In this document: piece after piece, positions 47,877-57,700 of the stretch
Layout of the letters: every line of letters starts with the position of its first letter
How positions within the stretch are numbered: position 1 is the first letter of the stretch
DNA from: a virus
Strand: one strand, 5' to 3'
DNA: 64,000 nt
IMG/VR virus record: IMGVR_UViG_3300042520_001372
Translations under genes and position numbers: made by a program
The notes under the pieces: model-generated
What the model was told of the DNA's origin: nothing
What the model saw: the letters and a program-made list of their open reading frames with translations, nothing else
Database searches by the model: none

Positions 47877-50800
47877 TTATAATGTTATGCCAGCTTTGCT
47901 AGCAACATCTAGTGGATTATAGTTTGGATTGAAGTTTGCAGGTATTAGTAAACCGCCTCCTGCATAAATAGGTTTGTTCTTTACTAATACGAAAGTTTCG
48001 TTTGGTATCTTCCTGAATACTCTGTAGTTCTGATTTAGATTACTAGTTGCTCCAAATAGCATGCTACCTCCAACTACTGTCGGTGTTATTTCAAGACTGC
48101 TTGTAGCACTGGAGGTTGTGTAGGTTAAAGTTCTAATAGCAGTTAAGGCAAGACCTGTGAAACTACCGTCAAGAGATCCGCTATCATCTTGTATAGATCC
48201 AGTTGTGCCAAATCTAATATAATCTCCATACTTTAACGGTAGCAATGTATCTTTATATAATGTTGCACCTCGGTTAGTATCGGTTGTTACTGGATATGTA
48301 CCTGTGGTCTTATTAAAGAAAAAGAAGTTTTGGTCTGCAGAATCTGGTTTAAGGTATTCTACTTCTCCTAGATTTACATCACTACTAGTAAGGAATGGAT
48401 ATAGCCAATTCTGATTATTGTCGGTTAACGTAGTTGCGGTTGTAGATCCGGTAAAGAAGTAGACTGGTGTTTTAGTAGTTGCAAGAAGATCGTTTTTCCA
48501 CTTTATAGTATATTGGGCGGTGTTTGATCCTGAATTATAGAATATCGTCTGGTAAAGACCTCCTCCTATTTCAATCTCAACAGTACCTACAGACTGGTTA
48601 GAGCTATAAGATGAAATGTAAGCTGTTGCTAGATCACCTTGCTTAAAGATCTGCTCTACTGTATTTAGGTTACTGTTACTTCCATCTAATCCAATTACGG
48701 TTCCGTCTATGTTAATTAAATTAATAATATGAACGTTACCCCCTCCTGGGTATTGTGGATCTGACCCTCCTATCCAGTCAAACTGTGCAATGTAGTTGCA
48801 GTAGTTATCAATAACAGCTGTTTGTCCGTAAGAAACATCTCCGGGTGTGTATTTGTTGTATAGTTTACTATTTAACTTAACCCCTGCGTATCTAGTGTTA
48901 CTCCATGCACTTCCAGAAGAGTAGTTCGAATCTTGAACAGAAGCAGGGTATGCGCTTCCAGAGAGAATAAGAGCTTGGTTAACTGGATTTGATCCATCTG
49001 TTCCATAATCTACGTCTTCATAAACGGTCGACAATCTACTACCACTAACGTTATTTAGTAACGGTGTCGTGTTTAATTGGTAATGTAATTGTGGGTATAA
49101 AGTTGAACCGGAATACTGTCCGTTAAAGAATTCATATTGTGATGAATTTATTCCGGATACAATCCCTGCTTTGGTTAGAATAGAAGAGCTCCATGCTTGT
49201 GCTGTAGTTGTTAAGCTGTTAACTGATCCACCGGCACCGCCTGTGAAAACCCCTATAGACCCTGTTTGATAGTCTCTTGCTACAGATGTAACTGAGGCTG
49301 TATATTCAGGTTGAGTATATTCTACTTGAGCAGGTCTTTGTCTGTTCCTTTCAAGTAAATGCTGTTTAACAATTGCACCGGTCGCAGCTCCTGTTCTAGC
49401 AGGAATAAAGTCTTTTATTAATTTAAATAACGAATTATCAAAAAACTTAATTAATCTAAGGTAATCATTGTAGTTATATGAAGCTGTATACTTTTTAAAG
49501 TACTCTGTGCTTAGCTCATCTAATGCTGGGTATTTGTAATTATCATCTGAGAATCTTCTTGGATCTCCAATGTACTCTCCGATGTTAAAGTATCCAATCT
49601 GCGAATTAATATCTTCGTTAATTTCATTTTGAGGAGAAAAACCTACCTCTAAGTAATTTACATCCCTGGTGTAGCTTTGACTTACTACGTAGTTCTGCTG
49701 TATGGTATTTAGTCCTGATAAGACTGTTCCGTATACGTCTGTAGTACCAACTTTGATTTTATTAGAGACTGCATTTTTAATTCCAACTGCTGGTTGGTCG
49801 TAAAATGTAATTTCTCTATTCGGTACAAATACTGGGGTGTTTATATAGTAATAATTGCTTGTCCCTGAAAATGAGGATGTTGTTGCTTGACTTCCTGTAA
49901 CTTTAGGATGTATTGAGATTGAACTAGTATAAAGCTCTCCTCCTAGGGTTGCTCTAAAGACTAGTTGATCTGGTGCTGAGTTTATACTATTACCTTCTAT
50001 TGAAGAAGCGTTCATTACGTAATCGTTAAATGAACTTTCACTTAAGGCTCCTTTATAGTATCTTACCTCTTGTAGAGATCCTGAGAATACTTTAGCACTG
50101 AATGATGCTGATCCGAAGTAGGATCTTGTGCTTATATTCCAGTTGTTTGATAAGCTTATTGAAGAACTGCCTTGGAATCCTAAAGTATTTCCATCTTGAC
50201 CTTGGTAAAGGTTATTTTTTGCATATACCGTAAATCCACTACTCCCCGATTTGTTTATCAATACAGACCACCAACCTTCGTTAAAGTATGGTAAGTATAT
50301 ACTTGCTGTTGCAGTAGTGTTGGTAGTGTCTGGGTAGAATTCTAATGTTCCGTACTGACTGTAAGGACTAACTACTGAACCGGTATATGACCCTGATGTA
50401 TTATTAGACCCACTGTACTTAAGTATTAAGGCAGATCCAGAATCGGTAGACCATAAGCTTTGAGAATAATACCCAGTATCAATTGAAATACCTCTGGTTT
50501 GAAATCGAAGCTCTACAGCTTGAGGTCTGTTATTGTCTGCATTCCAGTTAGAATTTATAACAAAAGAAGATGTTACGTAATTTGTACCTTTTGTATCAAA
50601 AGCATAATCGTACTCATTCTGCCACTGGTCCCAAGTATTTAACGCTTTATCTTTTCCTCCGTACTCATAAACCCTTAGTATAGTATCTGGAATACCGAAC
50701 GTTGTAATTAATGTATTTAATCCCTCAACTGTTCCTTTTTTCTTTAAAAGGTAGGGTAAGTTGTGGTAAAGTCTCTTATAAACCTCTGATGAAAGATTAT

Positions 50801-52340
50801 CTAATGGAATTAAAGATCCGGTTGCAGAAGCTGTTACATAGGTTGTTATAAGTTCTTGTCCGGTATAAGGTAATAGACTTCCTGAAGGTGTATACCCTAA
50901 GTAAGTATTGTATAAATTATCAGATGTAAAGTTGTTCTGATATAGCTTAATACCGAAATCTTTTAAAGCTGTTCCTACTAAATCTTTTGATAATCCTGAG
51001 TCTACTCGGTTATCAGAGCTGTACTTCTGAGTAACTGCTTGAGTATAAACCCAAATACTATCAAAATGTTGCCCGACCATTTCAACAAAAAGTTCAAAGC
51101 TAGTATTAGCAGGGTCTTCTCTAATATAAAGTGGTATAGAGCTTACGAGACCGTCTTTATTGTTTTCGTCAAAATCTTGCGCAATTGTTGATTGTGCTGT
51201 AAACCAATTTAGCCCCAATACTGATGTTGTTCCAGTATTTGTATAAGGGGGTACACTGTTTGTTTTAGGCCATGCTGTACTTCCAGATTCGTAGTAGAGG
51301 TAGTATTCGTAACCGTCGAAATTAGTTATAACTTCTTTTATTTTTGAATCCCAGTGACTAACACTTGCAGAATTGTAATAGGCGTTAGAGGTACTTCCGT
51401 AGCTACCGCTAACAGTATATTCTTCAATTAGACCTAACTTATAATAAAAGTTTTCTAATCTAGTTTGTGCACTAGAGAAAAATACAAAATTACCGTAACT
51501 ACTGTAGTCAATGTTAAGTTCTATACCGGATTCAGCGAGTAGACTGTTTAATTGATACGTTAAAGCAGAGTTATCTGAATCATTTAATCCTTGTGTGTTT
51601 TGATATTCTGTTGTCTTGTTTAATTCAGAACTTACTTGTAAACTGACATTAGGACCTCTTAATTTAATTGTATTATCTTCAGGATTATAAGTTGTCTTAA
51701 TGTTTATTAGGTATGCTTTTGATTCTGCAATTTTTTCTACACCCCAACATTTTGATTGAATATCAAACTGAGAGGGAAGTGGTTCGTAAAGTTTAACTAG
51801 AACAGTGACGTTGTTTGGATCAGTATCATCAAGTAAAACGTTGTTTGCTATGATTAAGTTGTTCGCTCCAAAATTTAAATTAAAATCTCTCTGGTATGGA
51901 GTTGTTTCTATTGAAGTTTTTAACGCTACAGTTGAATCAACTATATCGCCAGCTATTACATCTGTGCTAGCAAGTCTAATTTCAGTTCTGTCTGTTGATA
52001 TTTCAGAAATATAGTATGCTTCTAATATGCTTGAAGATAGTAGCGGTCTTAAAAAGTTGTAAACTGTGTAGTATTGTCCTTCTTGGTATGCCCTACTCTC
52101 TAAATCTTTTTCTGGGCTAATACTTAAATCTTCTCCGTAGATTGCAAAGCTTGGTAATTTCTCTACAGTGTCAATTATTTGCTTATTGGCATTGTAAACA
52201 TAATACTCAATATAGTCTGTAGAGCTATTAAATGTTATGTCTGCATTAAAGGAAGCAATAAGCGAATCATCAGACGGAGTATAAGTCTGCCCACCAAGTT
52301 CAATTAAGGGTACATCCTGTATGTATATCTGCTTATCCAT
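47877..52340 (-). CDS. Large baseplate wedge-like protein
   Basis: 1487 aa in the baseplate block; LPYLLKKKGTVEGL motif like P2 gpI/wedge proteins. Confidence 0.55.
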   Translation of the reverse strand: MDKQIYIQDVPLIELGGQTYTPSDDSLIASFNADITFNSSTDYIEYYVYNANKQIIDTVEKLPSFAIYGEDLSISPEKDLESRAYQEGQYYTVYNFLRPLLSSSILEAYYISEISTDRTEIRLASTDVIAGDIVDSTVALKTSIETTPYQRDFNLNFGANNLIIANNVLLDDTDPNNVTVLVKLYEPLPSQFDIQSKCWGVEKIAESKAYLINIKTTYNPEDNTIKLRGPNVSLQVSSELNKTTEYQNTQGLNDSDNSALTYQLNSLLAESGIELNIDYSSYGNFVFFSSAQTRLENFYYKLGLIEEYTVSGSYGSTSNAYYNSASVSHWDSKIKEVITNFDGYEYYLYYESGSTAWPKTNSVPPYTNTGTTSVLGLNWFTAQSTIAQDFDENNKDGLVSSIPLYIREDPANTSFELFVEMVGQHFDSIWVYTQAVTQKYSSDNRVDSGLSKDLVGTALKDFGIKLYQNNFTSDNLYNTYLGYTPSGSLLPYTGQELITTYVTASATGSLIPLDNLSSEVYKRLYHNLPYLLKKKGTVEGLNTLITTFGIPDTILRVYEYGGKDKALNTWDQWQNEYDYAFDTKGTNYVTSSFVINSNWNADNNRPQAVELRFQTRGISIDTGYYSQSLWSTDSGSALILKYSGSNNTSGSYTGSVVSPYSQYGTLEFYPDTTNTTATASIYLPYFNEGWWSVLINKSGSSGFTVYAKNNLYQGQDGNTLGFQGSSSISLSNNWNISTRSYFGSASFSAKVFSGSLQEVRYYKGALSESSFNDYVMNASSIEGNSINSAPDQLVFRATLGGELYTSSISIHPKVTGSQATTSSFSGTSNYYYINTPVFVPNREITFYDQPAVGIKNAVSNKIKVGTTDVYGTVLSGLNTIQQNYVVSQSYTRDVNYLEVGFSPQNEINEDINSQIGYFNIGEYIGDPRRFSDDNYKYPALDELSTEYFKKYTASYNYNDYLRLIKFFDNSLFKLIKDFIPARTGAATGAIVKQHLLERNRQRPAQVEYTQPEYTASVTSVARDYQTGSIGVFTGGAGGSVNSLTTTAQAWSSSILTKAGIVSGINSSQYEFFNGQYSGSTLYPQLHYQLNTTPLLNNVSGSRLSTVYEDVDYGTDGSNPVNQALILSGSAYPASVQDSNYSSGSAWSNTRYAGVKLNSKLYNKYTPGDVSYGQTAVIDNYCNYIAQFDWIGGSDPQYPGGGNVHIINLINIDGTVIGLDGSNSNLNTVEQIFKQGDLATAYISSYSSNQSVGTVEIEIGGGLYQTIFYNSGSNTAQYTIKWKNDLLATTKTPVYFFTGSTTATTLTDNNQNWLYPFLTSSDVNLGEVEYLKPDSADQNFFFFNKTTGTYPVTTDTNRGATLYKDTLLPLKYGDYIRFGTTGSIQDDSGSLDGSFTGLALTAIRTLTYTTSSATSSLEITPTVVGGSMLFGATSNLNQNYRVFRKIPNETFVLVKNKPIYAGGGLLIPANFNPNYNPLDVASKAGITL

Positions 52341-52689
52341 TAATCGGCTTTATATCTACTAGTTGTTGTTGCAATTGTAAGTTTTCTTCTCTTAAAGCTG
52401 TAACTTCTACAAGTAATGCGGTTACCTCTTCATTAGTACCTTCCCCACCTATGTATGCACTACTCTGATTTACTAAATATTGATGAGAGTTTGTCTCACC
52501 TGTTTTCGGTATTTGGTAGAATAGCTGTGCGTAGTTATCAAAAAATTCTTGAACAGTAGGTATGGGTGTAGCAGTAGTGGCTGTTGGTGAGATACCTCCT
52601 AGCGTAAGCTGTGTAAATGAAGTATCAATAACTTGCTGGTATTGCTGTTTTTCAAATACCTGTTTGCTTAAATCAACTACCGAACTCAT
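52333..52689 (-). CDS. Hypothetical virion protein
   Basis: 118-aa ORF; C-terminal coiled coil. Confidence 0.55.
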   Translation of the reverse strand: MSSVVDLSKQVFEKQQYQQVIDTSFTQLTLGGISPTATTATPIPTVQEFFDNYAQLFYQIPKTGETNSHQYLVNQSSAYIGGEGTNEEVTALLVEVTALREENLQLQQQLVDIKPING

Positions 52690-53801
52690 TATCCATTTAC
52701 AACTTTAAAGTAATACTTTTCATCTAATATCTTCGTAGCACCGTCAATACGTGTTTTAAGCAGTATTTGATAATACCTTTCAGGTTCTAAACCAGTCATG
52801 TACACATCAAAGTAATTACTGTTAGAGTCAGCACTAATCTTAGTATAGGTACTATCGAAGTCAATTACAACTTCATTTGTATCTAAATCTTTTATAGACC
52901 AGAAAGAAGCTGTTGGCAGATAGTAGTTTACTGTATAAAAAGAACCTGTTGTAAATGTTCTAGGTGGGAATTGTGGTCTTGCGTTAACTCTAAATCTCTG
53001 TATAGATCCCGAATAGTATGTTCCTGTATTATTGGGAAGGGTTGTAACTATATCTGGATCTGTTAAGATTGTCTGTGTAGAGGATCCAGTATTAAAGTAG
53101 TAATCATCCCATCTAATCTCTAATTGTGGTGGGTATATTGTATTTGTATCTACTGAGAAGTATTTAAATTCAACCTTCTTAGTAGGGTCTGTTGAGAATT
53201 CTGCAGAATCAGCTTGCTTAATAATAAATCCATCGTTAGTGAGTGAACCTGTATACCAAGCTACTACTGTGTTCGTTGTGTTTAGTAGGATATCAAAATC
53301 ACTTCTATATTGGTAAGAAGCACTTTGTGCATATACTGAACTTGTATACCAGTTGCCGCCTCCGGGATTTGATGCTGAGAATGAAGCTGTAGCTCCAGAT
53401 GTTCCAAAGCCTGCTGTCAGCCAGTTTCCAGAACCTGACGTTATTCTAGAATTCCAACTTACTCCGTTAGTTGTAGCTGGACTGTCTTGGTATTTACCTG
53501 TTCCATTCTGCCATGACCCAGATATTGGGTGACAAAATAAAGTTGTTTCTTGACCCAGTCCTTCGACTTTTGCCATGGAAACTCTTAAATATGCTGCAAT
53601 TGACCCGGTTGCTTTATTAGCAATTACATCTTGAAGTTCAGATTGATTGTACTTAACTACAAAACGGCTTACTGTTGCTGTACTTCCATCTACTGCAGTA
53701 CCGGTGGTTGCTTCAATGATTTCATCGATACCAGAATTCATATTCGGGTATTCACTATACAGGGTAGCGTCTTTCTCCGGGAAGATTTTATATACTGCCA
53801 T
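52689..53801 (-). CDS. Virion structural protein
   Basis: KDATLYS start, YPPQLEIRWDD; beta-rich; located in the baseplate block. Confidence 0.55.
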   Translation of the reverse strand: MAVYKIFPEKDATLYSEYPNMNSGIDEIIEATTGTAVDGSTATVSRFVVKYNQSELQDVIANKATGSIAAYLRVSMAKVEGLGQETTLFCHPISGSWQNGTGKYQDSPATTNGVSWNSRITSGSGNWLTAGFGTSGATASFSASNPGGGNWYTSSVYAQSASYQYRSDFDILLNTTNTVVAWYTGSLTNDGFIIKQADSAEFSTDPTKKVEFKYFSVDTNTIYPPQLEIRWDDYYFNTGSSTQTILTDPDIVTTLPNNTGTYYSGSIQRFRVNARPQFPPRTFTTGSFYTVNYYLPTASFWSIKDLDTNEVVIDFDSTYTKISADSNSNYFDVYMTGLEPERYYQILLKTRIDGATKILDEKYYFKVVNG

Positions 53802-53817
53802 TTGTTATAAATAGGAA

Positions 53818-55674
53818 TTAAAGAGAAACTACTCTTCCTTTAATGTCTACATTCGGATACTTAACTTCAAAGATCATAGGATCAATAGAAGGGTATACCA
53901 CGTTGTCAATAGTTGCTCCTTTTGTATCGTATGAATAGTTTGAATATCCTAGCGCTTCTCCAGTTAAATTAACAACCTCAACATTTTTAACCGTCTGTAC
54001 TCCGTCAATGTTATCAATTAGAAGACTTAAGTTTTTAAGTAAAATAGGTTGGTTAATTTGCCAGTTATTTATATTAAAATACTCTCTAACTGCTGTAATA
54101 GCATTAAAAATTACTTCATTACTATTGTAGTTTGCAGCAACAGTAATATCAAAATTAACTCCTATGTTAATCACAAAAGCGTCTTTAACTCTAACCGAAT
54201 CTCCTATAACTCTATATTGTGCTAGATAGGTGTTTAGGTTTTGCTTAAGTGCATTCGAAGCTATTACTAGGTTTTTACTGCTGTTATATGTAAGTACATA
54301 TAGATCTAATGTAGTAGGTGTTTCTCCTATTCCTAAGTTAGCAATCTTAGTTTGTTCAATATATGCTTTAGCGATCACTCCGTATTTAGCAGGCATTGAC
54401 AATGATCTTACTAGGTAATCATCTTGGGTTACGTTACGTAGTTGAGTTTGATAATTAGATAGTGTATTTTGTCTAAGCTCTTCAATACTATCACCATCTT
54501 GACCTCCAACTGCTGCATCTGGGTTATTTACTGCTAAAGACGCTCTGTAAGTATTAGCTGTAGCTGCATTAAGGTTTGAGTTTAAGAAGCTAATATCTCC
54601 TGTAATTACTGTTAGGTCGTTTGAAGGAACGTTTGCAGCTACTCCGCCTCCTGTTAAATACCTGACGTTAATAGTTGTATTTGAAGGAGCGATACCGTAC
54701 GTCTTTGTAAAGATAAAGTTTGTAGGTGAGTAGGCAGTTGTTAGTTTAGATTGTTGGAAGGGTAATCCTAGGCCTACATTGTTTGGATTCGGTACAATTG
54801 TTTCGTCTGTATCTGTTGCAGTACCTGCTCCAAATTGTAGTTGTAGAGATCCTGAGTCAAGAAATCTAGTTGCAAACCTTCTCTGTACTTGTTCTAACTG
54901 TAGAATATATGGTGTATCTGCATTATCAATTGACCGGTTAGGGTCATTGGGGTTTGTATTTTTAATACCAGAGTAAATCGCATCTTGTGCTAAATAATCT
55001 ACTTCGTACCAATTATTACCATCACTATCTGTAGCATCTAAAATTCCAACAATCTTATCTACGTTAATTAACCGTGTATCAAATTGTACTGGGCTAGTGA
55101 AGGTTAGGGCGCTGGAATTGATTGTGGCAGAAATTGCTTGTCTGCTTTTTTTCAAAAGGTAGCTAACTGGATTTACTCCTGCTGTTTGGAAGATTGTAAC
55201 CTCAGTTGGATCCTGTGATGAAGATACTGAAAAGTCTACGCTGTCTTGAATTAAAAATTTAACTTCGCTGTTAGAGGTTGAAGATACAACTGCGTTTTCA
55301 GCAATTAATAAGGTATAGTCAAAATCAGGTATGTAGACACTTGCAGATGATTTAGATGGTATTTGTTGGTAGAAATCAATGGTTGTAGTAGCAACACCTG
55401 TTACATTTGGTTTGTACCCGAACATGTATGCTAATTCAAATAGGTTATCTGTCTGACGAGCATACTGTAAGTATGTTTCTTGAATTTGGTTATCTAAGTA
55501 AAATGACATAACGTCCCCTACGTATGCTGCCATTTCCATAAACATCATCCCAGGAGATGACGGACTGAAATCGTTATAGGTTGTAGGGAAATAAGTTTTA
55601 GCATAGTCAATTAAGGAAGCCCTTAGTGTGCTAAAATCTTTATTTAAATATTTTATGTCTCTTTTAATTGCCAT
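53818..55674 (-). CDS. Baseplate wedge protein (T4 gp6/baseplate-J-like)
   Basis: DFSTLRASL, LAYMFGY, FGAG, Y..GGG...N, GG.D..SIEELR, RNVTQDDY. Confidence 0.8.
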   Translation of the reverse strand: MAIKRDIKYLNKDFSTLRASLIDYAKTYFPTTYNDFSPSSPGMMFMEMAAYVGDVMSFYLDNQIQETYLQYARQTDNLFELAYMFGYKPNVTGVATTTIDFYQQIPSKSSASVYIPDFDYTLLIAENAVVSSTSNSEVKFLIQDSVDFSVSSSQDPTEVTIFQTAGVNPVSYLLKKSRQAISATINSSALTFTSPVQFDTRLINVDKIVGILDATDSDGNNWYEVDYLAQDAIYSGIKNTNPNDPNRSIDNADTPYILQLEQVQRRFATRFLDSGSLQLQFGAGTATDTDETIVPNPNNVGLGLPFQQSKLTTAYSPTNFIFTKTYGIAPSNTTINVRYLTGGGVAANVPSNDLTVITGDISFLNSNLNAATANTYRASLAVNNPDAAVGGQDGDSIEELRQNTLSNYQTQLRNVTQDDYLVRSLSMPAKYGVIAKAYIEQTKIANLGIGETPTTLDLYVLTYNSSKNLVIASNALKQNLNTYLAQYRVIGDSVRVKDAFVINIGVNFDITVAANYNSNEVIFNAITAVREYFNINNWQINQPILLKNLSLLIDNIDGVQTVKNVEVVNLTGEALGYSNYSYDTKGATIDNVVYPSIDPMIFEVKYPNVDIKGRVVSL

Positions 55675-55675
55675 T

Positions 55676-56083
55676 TTAGTTGAATGATATTTGTAAGCTA
55701 TCTATTGTACCTGTATCTTTAATTGAATATTTTAATGCGACTGTAATTTGATTTGTATCAGGGTTGCCGGTTATCGTTAAATTTTCAACAATAACACTCG
55801 GAAAAAACTCGCTTATAATACTTTGGATGTCTTGCTCTAAAGCTGCATCTGTATTATTGTTTAATTGCTCAAAAATATAAACTTGTAACCCTGCTCCGAA
55901 TGTTGGATTTAAATACCTCTGCCCGGTCCCGGTTAAAAAGAAGTTAATCAGGTTGTTTTTAATAGCTTGTTGAGTAGTATAGGTGGAGGTAAAAACAGCG
56001 GGTGCAGCAAAGGGTATTCCGACTCCTACAGCGACTGAAGGTTTCTTATCTATTGGGAATATCTTCTTTGCATCAAATGCCAT
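55676..56083 (-). CDS. gp25: Baseplate gp25-like (sheath initiator)
   Basis: IKNNLINFFLT..GQR..NPTFG..L...IFE. Confidence 0.8.
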   Translation of the reverse strand: MAFDAKKIFPIDKKPSVAVGVGIPFAAPAVFTSTYTTQQAIKNNLINFFLTGTGQRYLNPTFGAGLQVYIFEQLNNNTDAALEQDIQSIISEFFPSVIVENLTITGNPDTNQITVALKYSIKDTGTIDSLQISFN

Positions 56084-56460
56084 TACTTCTTCTTAATAAG
56101 ACCCATAATTTGGTCTAGGTTAACTTCTCCTGCAGGTAGTGCTGATCCTTCACCGGCAGTATTTATTGTTGCAGGTGGTCTGTATCCAGGCTGTGCTCCG
56201 AAAGACATGGCGTCGTTTGAGGTCATTGAAATGTTTCCATTTTTTGATTCCATCATTTCACCTAGTAGTTCTTTGTATTTATCTCTTGCATTAATACTGG
56301 CTACTATTGGTTGAGTAGAAACTGGTACAGGGGCTGAGTAGCTCTCCTGAATGATTGTTTTAGGGGCACGTACTGCTTCTAGTAGAATTTCCTTTAATTC
56401 TTCTTGAATAGCTTCTCTTACGGCTTCTTTGATGAGTTTTTTAAATACTTTGGTATCCAT
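56083..56460 (-). CDS. Hypothetical protein
   Basis: 125-aa ORF; FKKLIKEAVREAIQEE leader. Confidence 0.6.
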   Translation of the reverse strand: MDTKVFKKLIKEAVREAIQEELKEILLEAVRAPKTIIQESYSAPVPVSTQPIVASINARDKYKELLGEMMESKNGNISMTSNDAMSFGAQPGYRPPATINTAGEGSALPAGEVNLDQIMGLIKKK

Positions 56461-56476
56461 CTTTTATAAATATTTC

Positions 56477-57700
56477 TTAATTGGCTTTTAGGTTATCCCT
56501 ATCTATAATGAGTTTTAATTCATTAACAAGGACTTGAGGGTCTGTTGTGAAGGATGGTTCTGTTTGTAGTAAAACGATTCCTTGACTATTCTTAGCTTGA
56601 CCTATTTTTTGCTTTAGAGTTGGGCTAAACGGTTTCTCTACGATCTCAAAAGTAAAACCTTTATAGGTCAAATCGATAATAGAGGTAGCTGCTAATTTTA
56701 TGGTATCTAGAAGTTTACTAGTGTTTGCTCCTAGTGCGTTAGGTTTCTTACCACACTTCACTAATACAAGGTCAACTACGTCTAACACTATTAAAATTGT
56801 TTGAAGTATTTTTGCTGCATCAGAGGTGTATTCACTACCCAGTGCTAAAGCTCTTTTTAATTCCGGGAGTTTAGGTGTTCCGTCTGATTTGAATGTAATT
56901 GATGTTTTAATGTCATCTAAATCACTTATTAAAGCTGTAACTGCTCCGGGTAATGTTGGAGCTAGCTTAGCAGCTACTGATGTAGCAGTCTTTAGTAAAG
57001 TTAAAGCGTCTAAAGATGTAACTGTTCCATTTACAATTGGAGTTAGTATTGTTAAAGATGCATTTATAGTATCAACATATTTTGCAGTATTTTCAATATC
57101 TGTTCCTAAAGAATTACGTATCTGTAATGCCCTATCTAGGATACTCTGTGGAGGGCATATATTTGGCAGGGTCGGGTTAGCAGTATCTAATCCTTCTATT
57201 CCTAGTTGGGACGCTAAAGATAGTAAAGTTGATATTGCTTTATCTTGTAAATCTGCAACCTTACTATTGATTGTTTGGTTAATCCTATCCAGAGGTGCTA
57301 ATTGTGTTGCAGTTGCAACGACGGTTGCTGCAGTCAGAGTTCTTTGAAGCTTTAATTTTTTGTTAACAGTATCTCTTTTAGCTGCTTCTTGTTCTCTCTG
57401 TTTTTCTAATTCAGGGGGAGCAATGGGGGGAGTGGTGGGAGGTGCAGGGGGTGGGGAGGGGGGTGGTGTTGTTGAGGAGGGTAATAATACTTCTTCAATA
57501 ATTGTTGGGGGTGGGGCAGGATAACTTAAGATAATAGTATCAGCTAGTTGTCTCTCTGTTGCACCTATTAAATAACTACCTTGTCTCAACCTAATGCTTT
57601 GAGAGTTTAATAAAACCGCTCTTTTTTGAGGTCCTAATTTTTCAAAGATAATAACATCACCGTTTGATAATTTAATGTATGGTGGGGAGGGGTTTGCCAT
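56477..57700 (-). CDS. Hypothetical helical protein with Pro-rich linker
   Basis: 407-aa ORF. Confidence 0.6.
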   Translation of the reverse strand: MANPSPPYIKLSNGDVIIFEKLGPQKRAVLLNSQSIRLRQGSYLIGATERQLADTIILSYPAPPPTIIEEVLLPSSTTPPPSPPPAPPTTPPIAPPELEKQREQEAAKRDTVNKKLKLQRTLTAATVVATATQLAPLDRINQTINSKVADLQDKAISTLLSLASQLGIEGLDTANPTLPNICPPQSILDRALQIRNSLGTDIENTAKYVDTINASLTILTPIVNGTVTSLDALTLLKTATSVAAKLAPTLPGAVTALISDLDDIKTSITFKSDGTPKLPELKRALALGSEYTSDAAKILQTILIVLDVVDLVLVKCGKKPNALGANTSKLLDTIKLAATSIIDLTYKGFTFEIVEKPFSPTLKQKIGQAKNSQGIVLLQTEPSFTTDPQVLVNELKLIIDRDNLKAN

